Of a stretch of DNA of 64,000 bases, positions 20,235-28,500 are shown piece after piece. The notes beneath the pieces were generated by a model. That model was not told the origin of the DNA. It worked only from the letters and a program-made list of their open reading frames with translations, and searched no databases. Position 1 is the stretch's first letter. Each line of letters begins with the position of its first letter. This stretch comes from Patescibacteria group bacterium. Lineage in GTDB: Bacteria > Patescibacteriota > Patescibacteriia > GWA2-46-9. The stretch lies in assembly GCA_041675205.1 (NCBI GenBank), contig JBAYUF010000001.1:84863-148862 (forward strand), given 5' to 3'. The translations under genes and the position numbers were made by a program.

Positions 20235-20831
20235 ATGGCGGTTGTTCAATTGAGCAGTATACAAGAATGTGTGCGAGCATTGCAGCAGGGTGGCCTTGTT
20301 GTTTACCCAACAGAAACAAGCTATGCGCTAGGGGCTGATCCTCGCAGTGCTAAAGGACTAAAGGCCATTTTCGAGGCAAAAAGTCGCTCAAAAAATATGC
20401 CTCTCTCACTCATCGCGTCTTCTGTTGCCTCGGCAGAACGCCTGGTTCGTTTTTCGTCGAAAGCAAAATTGTTGGCCGCACAGCATTGGCCGGGGCCACT
20501 GACGCTCGTCTTACCAGCAAAATCTTTATCTTTGGCTCGTCGATTGGGTAGCTTAGACGGCACCGTTGCCGTTCGTGTTTCTTCTTCTCCTGTTGCAATA
20601 GCACTCGCTCGGCGGATAGGTGGAGCAATCGTCGCGACGAGCGCGAACAAGAGCGGCGCGGGGGACAGTTATGATGCGCGTGCAATTGAAAAGTTCTTTG
20701 CCGCAGACGACGCACTTATTTTCTTTTTTTCGAGTGGTCGTTTACCGCGACGGTTGCCTTCGACCATAGGTCGAGTCGTCGGTGATGAAGTCACCGTGCT
20801 GCGCCAAGGATCCATTTCAATAAATTTTTAA
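20235..20831 (+). CDS. tsaC: L-threonylcarbamoyladenylate synthase (TsaC/YrdC)
   Basis: YPTETSYALG, WPGPLT, ATSANKSG, PST, LRQG. Confidence 0.92.
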   Translation: MAVVQLSSIQECVRALQQGGLVVYPTETSYALGADPRSAKGLKAIFEAKSRSKNMPLSLIASSVASAERLVRFSSKAKLLAAQHWPGPLTLVLPAKSLSLARRLGSLDGTVAVRVSSSPVAIALARRIGGAIVATSANKSGAGDSYDARAIEKFFAADDALIFFFSSGRLPRRLPSTIGRVVGDEVTVLRQGSISINF

Positions 20832-20833
20832 TC

Positions 20834-21688
20834 ATGAACGCTAGTACAAAGGCTGCGAAGAACGAACAGCATGGTACGACCGAATTGCTTCGTCAGTATG
20901 GCGTCATGCCGAAGAAAAAATTTGGTCAAAATTTTTTGGTTGACGACGAGGTGTATGACAGCATCATGACGGCTGCTGCCGTTCAATCCTCAGACACAAT
21001 TTTAGAAATTGGCCCCGGTGTTGGATCGCTCACCGAACGACTCGTCGCAAAAGCGAATCGTGTTGTAGCAGTCGAGATTGATAGAGAGCTTGTTACCGTT
21101 TTGCGTGAACGGTTTGCGGCGGTCAGTAAACTCGAAGTGTGTGAAGGAGATATTTTGGCAAAGCCTCTGAAGGCGTTTAATGTGGCCGCACCATATCGCG
21201 TCGTAGCTAATATTCCGTACAACATCACCGCCGCGCTCATTCGTAAGTTTTTATCAGATGATGTGCAGCCACTATCTATGACGCTTCTTGTGCAGCGAGA
21301 GGTTGCCGAACGTATTGTGGCGGCGCCGGGAAAAATGAGCTTGCTCGGCCTCTCCGCCCAACTGTACGCCACCCCAGTTTTTGTTCGGTCAGTGCCACGG
21401 GAAAGTTTCTATCCACCGCCAAGTGTCATGAGCGCCGTTGTTCATTTTTCATTGGTACATTCGTATCCTTTCAGCGACGTTCCAGAAGCATTTTTTTGGC
21501 GGGTCGCAAAAATGGGTTTTGCCGGTAGAAGAAAGCAGCTACAAACAAATATTCGTGCTGGTTTTCAGCTCTCTCGAGAAGCGTGCGATGCTATTTTTAA
21601 AAAAAGTAACATTGCCGAGCGTGCCCGTGCCCAAGAGTTGACCGTTCTACAGTGGCACACGTTGTCACTGGCGCTACAAAAGTTGTAG
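20834..21688 (+). CDS. rsmA: 16S rRNA adenine dimethyltransferase KsgA
   Basis: GQNFL, LEIGPGVG, VANIPYNIT, QREVAERI, RRKQL. Confidence 0.96.
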   Translation: MNASTKAAKNEQHGTTELLRQYGVMPKKKFGQNFLVDDEVYDSIMTAAAVQSSDTILEIGPGVGSLTERLVAKANRVVAVEIDRELVTVLRERFAAVSKLEVCEGDILAKPLKAFNVAAPYRVVANIPYNITAALIRKFLSDDVQPLSMTLLVQREVAERIVAAPGKMSLLGLSAQLYATPVFVRSVPRESFYPPPSVMSAVVHFSLVHSYPFSDVPEAFFWRVAKMGFAGRRKQLQTNIRAGFQLSREACDAIFKKSNIAERARAQELTVLQWHTLSLALQKL

Positions 21689-21765
21689 TTTTTCAAAGAA
21701 TAATGGTGCTTTATTTCCGAGTGGAAGCATAAAGGACGAAGAGTACTTTTTGACAGCGTTTTCCT

Positions 21766-21795
21766 TTGACGGGGAGGGTCATTCTCTGCTATAAT
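21766..21795 (+). promoter_or_regulatory. Sigma70 promoter with extended -10 heading the T4SS-like cluster
   Basis: TTGACG-18 bp (ending TGC)-TATAAT. Confidence 0.65.
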
Positions 21796-21854
21796 GAGTG
21801 GGTGATTTCCACAATTCTTAAAATAAAAAGCTAGCGAACCATCAAGGAAAGTCG

Positions 21855-22562
21855 ATGATGGATTTTTTTCAAAAACTTGGCGTTCGATTTGATCAGCACA
21901 GCCAATCAATCCTGTTGGCGTTTCTGTTTTTTGTTGGTGGCGTTGGTCTCATTCTTGGTGGAATGAATTTGCGAAGCTCTTTACGAAATCCATTTATTGA
22001 AAAGGGTGTTGGCGCTCTTCAAACAGCCGAGGGAACAACAGCGCTGGTTGACACTGATGGTGATGGCTTAACCGACGAAGAGGAATTGGCGCAGTATGGC
22101 ACGAGTCCGTATTTGGCGGATTCTGACTCAGATGGCGCAAACGATGCCGATGAACTTGCTGCGAGCAGTGACCCCAATTGTCCAACTGGAAAAAATTGTC
22201 AGGCCGTGGCTGAACTTGATGTGCCGAGTAGCGCCGGTGATACCTTCTCGTCGCTCCTACAGGTTTCTGCAAATGGCACAACAGAACCAAGTGCGGCGCA
22301 GATTCGAGCGGCGTTGCTCACTTCCGGTGTGGCTGAATCAGAATTGGCAAAACTAACTGATGAAGAAATAGTTGCTGGGTATCGTAGCGCTGTGCAGGCT
22401 CAAACTTCAACGACAGCGAGTGATGGCGTTCAGAATCTTTCGACAGAAGAAATTCGAAAGGTACTTAAAGAGCAAGGAGTGACTGACGAGCAGCTCTCCA
22501 AAATTTCTGACACCGAACTGCTGAAACTTTACGAAGAGACGCTGCGTCAGACGCAGCCGTAG
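21855..22562 (+). CDS. Membrane-anchored protein with DxDxDG (thrombospondin type-3-like) Ca-binding repeats and a duplicated helical motif
   Basis: TM; DTDGDGLTDEEE..YGTSP...DSDSDGANDADE; two IR..L...GV....L.K..D.E....Y repeats. Confidence 0.7.
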   Translation: MMDFFQKLGVRFDQHSQSILLAFLFFVGGVGLILGGMNLRSSLRNPFIEKGVGALQTAEGTTALVDTDGDGLTDEEELAQYGTSPYLADSDSDGANDADELAASSDPNCPTGKNCQAVAELDVPSSAGDTFSSLLQVSANGTTEPSAAQIRAALLTSGVAESELAKLTDEEIVAGYRSAVQAQTSTTASDGVQNLSTEEIRKVLKEQGVTDEQLSKISDTELLKLYEETLRQTQP

Positions 22563-22570
22563 TTTTTTAT

Positions 22571-25500
22571 ATGCAGTTAGGATTACATAATCGGCAAAAG
22601 CGTCATCGGTTCGTGGGTGCACTACTCGCGCTTGTGTTTTTATTTACTGGCACGTTTGGAGCGCCGCAACGGGCGAATGCGCAAGCCATCAAGGCCTTTA
22701 CGACATCGGTTAGTGACATTTGGACTTCACTCCAAACTATTGGAGACAAAGCGGTGGCGGCGTACGAGAAAGCAGCAGATATAAAAACAGAAGCACTGAA
22801 AGAGTCGGCCGCGGTGAGCTTTCGTCAGGGCGTTAGTTATTTTTTAAATAAGATTGCCAGTGACACAGCCGTGTGGATTGCCAGCGGTGGGAAAGGGCAA
22901 AAGCCACTCTTTATTACGCAGGGGTGGGGTTCCTATTTGACCGATGCCGCAGAAGGGGCGGCCGGTGCTTTTGTTGATGGACTCATCACCGGCCCAGTGG
23001 CAAGTTGCCAATGTCGTGATCAATACGGCTCAATCGAACCAAATACGGCGACCGAGGAGGTGCAGTGTTTGACTACAACTACCATAAACGGAATTCCTGT
23101 TGAGTGTCAGTGGACCCCTGGTACGAAATCAGATTCAACAAATACGTTGGGACTTATTGCCCAAGGGTTATGTGCACCAGATGCTGATATTCAACTTTCC
23201 ATTAATTTAGGGTTAGCGAATTCCGGTCGACAGCGTGCCCCGAAGTGCACCTTTAGTCGCATTAAGCATAACTGGGAGCAATTAATTCGAGAGAAAAACT
23301 TTCTACCAACGCTTTCTCAGAGTTTTAACCCCAGTCAAAGCGACCTCGGCATTGCGTTGACACTGCAGTCAAATCTGTTGCTTGAAAAAAGAGAAGCCAA
23401 AGAGCGGGCAGAAAAAGAGCGACTTGAAGCTGGTGGGTATAAGCCAGTAACGGGCGGCGTAGGGGATGTTTTGAAGTTACCTGGTCAGACGGTGCGAGGT
23501 ATTTTTGACGGTGTTTTTAAAACGACAACTGAGCAGAATCAATCGCCGACCGGCACCATTATTGGTGATGCTGTTGATATTTTTGTGAATACATTGGCCA
23601 CTAACTTCTTGAAAAATCTTATCAGCGGTGGATTTAGTGGTAATACTTCTTCGAGCGGTGGGAATAAACCTAATTTGAGTAATTTTGAAGCCGAATCCGC
23701 CACTGAAGGGGTTCTTGGCGCGCAAGCTCGACTGGCGCAAGAGCTTCGTCCACGGTTTACTGTTCCTGGTCGGTATGACGTGTTGTCACAGCTCGTGAGT
23801 TGTCAGAATACAAAAAATCCAGGGCCGAATGATTGCGTCATTACTGATAGCTTTCGGAACGCCGTGTCGCAGCGCCTTACCGTTCGTGAAGCTGTTGATC
23901 GCGGACTCATTAACGCAGACGCACCGTTTGGATTTGTTGCGTGGGATCCACAATCAGTTGAGCCAAGTTACAATGAAGGGATACCGTATCGTTCAATTCT
24001 TATTCTACGAAAATATAGGATTGTACCAGTCGGGTGGGAGTTAGCCGCCCGCTACATTGAACGTTTTCAAGATGATTCCCCAAAACGAGTTACGCTTGGT
24101 GAGTTACTGAACCTTTACGATCAACCAGAGCTGCCGGGTGGAGCATTGAACCCATACTATCATTTAGTCGATCCGTCATGGGTGCTCGTGCCACCGGATT
24201 CGTTTTGCAAGTTGCAAGGTTCTGGTCCACAAATTCTAAGCCAGGATGTTTTGCCCGGTGTGGACTCTGACAATGATGGCAAGTTCACTTCAGTTGGTGA
24301 TACCGCCCCCAAAGTCGCGATTTCTCGAAATGCAAATTACTGTGCCGATGAACAGACCTGCATCGCTCGAGATAATGATGGGAACTGTAAGTTCTACGGG
24401 TATTGTACCGAAGAAAAACAAGTTTGGGATTTTGGTGGGAAGAGCTGTTCACCTCAGTTTTCAAGTTGTACCACATTAAAAAATGAACTCAGCGGTACTA
24501 CCGTCTCCTATCTCCTCAATACGGTTGATTTTTCTCCATGTGACGCTAGTTCCGTTGGTTGTGCCATGTATAGTGCAACACCATTGTCTGATACAGTCTG
24601 GAGCACGAGTGATGTCATATTCCTGAATAACCAAGCAGAAACGTGCAGTAAAGATGACGCGGGGTGCCGAAAGTTTATTCGTACCGGCGCGCAATTTCTA
24701 AATGGGTTAAGCACAAATTTAGTTCGTAATCCTGGATTTGAAGTGGTTGCAGAGGACAACAGCTTTACCGGATGGACCGCAAATGGCGGCGCCGTGGAGT
24801 CGGTCACCGAAGCGCAATTTAGTGGGAGCCGGTCACTCAAGGCAACAACACTTAGCGTGCTATCGCAGTCAGTTCTCACTGGGCCACTAGCCAATCAAAC
24901 CGTTACGCTTTCATTTGAAGCTCGTGGAGCCATTGCTGGTCAAGTTCTTGGTTATACCCTTGCGGCAGGTGATGCCATACAGACAGCCGCTACCCTTACC
25001 ACCGAGTGGCAGCACTATGAGGTGCGGAAAACCTATGGTGCCACAGCTGCTTCATCACTTACGCTGGAGCTGTCAGTCCTTACTGGTGTCGCAATTGACA
25101 ATGTAAAGATTCAGCTTGGTGCCGCGTCGGCGTATTCAGCATATGGCGAAGGGGCAAGTAATAGTTCGGTGTATTTAAAACGAGCACCGGCGTACCTCTC
25201 TGCGAAGACTGACATCGACTTTCTTGCAAGTAACGAACAGAGTTGTCGGCCCTCGGCGGTGGCTAGTGATGCCGTAGATGAGAATAGTGAACGGGCGGAA
25301 TGTCAGCCGTATGCCCGCTACTGCACACCGCAGGAAGCTGGTTGTCTGCGCTATACGCCCACCAATCGCACAACACCGGTAACGGCCGTGAGTGGTTCTT
25401 CGTGCCCGGGCGAGTGTGTTGGCTTTGACACCTACACCCAAGGGAAAACTTTCTTTGAGTCGGTAAAATTTGTTGACCTTATTCCTACCTCGGGAGAGCG

Positions 25501-28500
25501 TTGTTCAGCCGCCGCGGTTGGTTGTGATGAATTCACAAACTTAGACACAACAACGCAAGGCGGCGAATCGCGCGAGTTCTACCAACAGGTTCGATTCTGT
25601 GAATTACCAGGTAGAGCAGATGCCGGGACATTCTACACATGGGAAGGGTCAGACGACACCGGCTTCCAGTTGCGAGTCTTTACTTTAAAGAAAACGGATG
25701 TTGGAGTAGAAAATTATTTTGTAAACGATGTCGGTGACACCGGTGTTGACAGCGCCGCGCCGTGTACGAAAATTGATTGGTCCGACGATGGTCAGTCTGC
25801 GACCTGTGCTGATACAACGCAAACCGCTGACCCGGCGTGGCGAACCTGCAACGAGAACACCTATCAAGGGAATCCCGATTGTCGACAGTTTTATAATGAA
25901 GCTGGTTTAGTGTCGTACCGTTTGCTATCCCACACCATTAGCGTGACGGACCAATGTCGGCCATTACGGAAAACGACGTCCAACACCATAGATTGTGAGG
26001 CATCAAATGGTTGGTGGAACAGTGCGTTGCAGGCCTGCTTGTATCAAGCCGTGCCAGGTGAAGGTCGGCAGTGTAATGCGGCGGTTGCTGGCTGCCGTGA
26101 GTATCGAGGCGGCACAGCCGCTCGATATCGAACTATTTTAAATGACACCTTTGAGCGTGGCACTGGAAACTGGGAGGGTGGACGATTAAGCCCGGTGGCC
26201 AGTACAGTCGGCGGACATTCGTATGAAATACTTGATCGCACTACCCGTAAACCAGTAACGGTTTCTGATGGTAGCAGTACGGCAGTTGACGGCTCGGTTA
26301 CAAACGGGGCAACGTACGTCGTGAGTTTTTCAGCACGGGCACAAAATGGCGATACTGATTCAGCTTTCGTACTTTCTTTTGAAAGAAAGAGCGGGGAGGT
26401 CGACCTATTAATTACAGATTCTTTAACGAATGAGTGGCAAACATATCAGAGTGACCCAGTAACTATCTCTGTAGACCCTACTGACCCCCTGGTTGGTTTA
26501 CTTATAACGCATGCTGGTGCAGGTCGCGCTTATGTCGATAACGTTACATTACGCACCACGAGTGATACGCATTACCTCATTAAAAATTCTTGGCAAACAC
26601 CATCCGCTTGCTTTGCTCCGGACACTGGGGAACCCTATTTGGGTTGCCAATCATATAGAGTGAGTGACGGTTCGGAACGTTCTGTGTGGGAGTTTGGCGG
26701 AGCCTGTCATGATAAGGTCGTTGGCTGTGAAGCCGTCATCGACACGCAAAACACAACGATTGGTGAAGTAGCCCCCTTTGCTAAGACATTTGCTGAGGAC
26801 AGTGAAACAATCATTACCGTACCTGAAGACTCGCTCGACTATATCGTTAATGACCCAGCCAAAACATGTAAAGTAAGCGCCCAAGGGTGTGAGCTTTTGG
26901 GGAAAGCAAACCTTTCTACTGCGTCAGCATCTCCAACCCTTCCGTTGGCCTTAGCGGTTTTGCGATGCCACACACAAAGAAATTCTTGTGTTTCAGATTT
27001 GCGCATTAGATTAGTTGCCGCCGGGTATGATAAAGATTTGCTAACAACACCAGGTATTGATGAAAATTTAGTAGCGAAGTTTGACAGTAACGTTTTAGGC
27101 GCTAAGGATGCGTTACTCATCTTGCGCAATTCTGTTGGTCTTGGAGATCCAAACATTAGCACCTGGACGACAGGAGCTGTCTTAAATAATCCTGACACCT
27201 ACGACAGTATTCTTTGTCGAATTGATGAGCTTCAGTGTTCTGCCTTTACTGATAGCGGTGGCTCGACGTATTACTTTAAAGATCCAGGTAGCCAAATTTG
27301 TGAATACCGAACTGACAAACCAATCGCTGGTTGGTACGTTAAGGGAACCATAAGTCTGACCCCAGATTGTAACGCTAGTCAGAATGATCCTGACGTTAAC
27401 ATCCACATTGCCGGTGGCACTGCGCCTAGCCCGCAGTCTGGGTTTACTGGTGTGTGTCCGGCGCAGCAAAATAGTTGTCGCGAATTTATTGATCCTCGGT
27501 CTGATGGCAGCGCTAACATTCTCTATAACGGTGAGTTCATATTGAAAACTGATGACAAACCAGTTCGGTGGAAGGAAACGGTTCCTGGGGATATAGCTGA
27601 TGTAGAGGGTGGTGTTAAAATTATGGAGGGTGGTCTTGAGCAAGAGCGGGTGGCACTTCGAACGCGCACCCTGTACGTATTGTCAGCCGAGGTGAAAGCG
27701 GTAAATGCCGCCGCTACTAAAACAGCGGGCTATGTCGGTATAGATTGTGGCGTGGGTGAAGTGTTTACTGCTAGTGATATTCCCTATGCCTTTGCCGTGC
27801 CACGTTCTACGGAAACCTTCGAACGATTCAGTACACAGTTTTATGTTAGTGGTGACGACCAGGGTGATTGCACCGTTAGTGTTGGTTTGGCGGCAAGTTT
27901 GCTTCCTCGAGACAAAAGCGAATTTACCACAAATAGCGGTGTGATTGTTCGTGCCATTAGCTTACGCGAAGCAGGACTACACTATGAATTAGCCAATGGT
28001 GTATCGCAAAAAGATTGTGCTGGTACGGTAAACAATGCGAACTGCGTGCTGGTTGGTGTGCAGCAAGACTTCACCCAAAAAGGTATCACCGCCAATTTTG
28101 ATGCCGATACAAGCCCCACAAGTACGAAAGTGCCAAACAGCGATAGTCGGGGAGAGTATGTATGTATTACCGCCGAGAGCCGCTGTGTTGGAACTGATAG
28201 GGCGTGTACTAATGATAGCGACTGTCAGCTGCAAAAAGATGCAACGTTCATTGCTAGCGTGCAGCCAGGTCGCGAGTGTGGTGCATGGCTATCTTGCCGG
28301 ACGGCCAGAACAGTTGTCAAAGGTGGGGTTACTAATAACGTTTGTCTGGAGGTTGAAGGGTGCCAAGAGCTCGACGACAAGGGGAATTGTATTCGACGAG
28401 CCCCAGACGTTATTGATACTGACCTGACCTACACGGCAGCCACCGTCGACCTCTTGCGTAATCGGTCCGGGTATTCAAAGGTCGGCTTTGACTGGACAAC

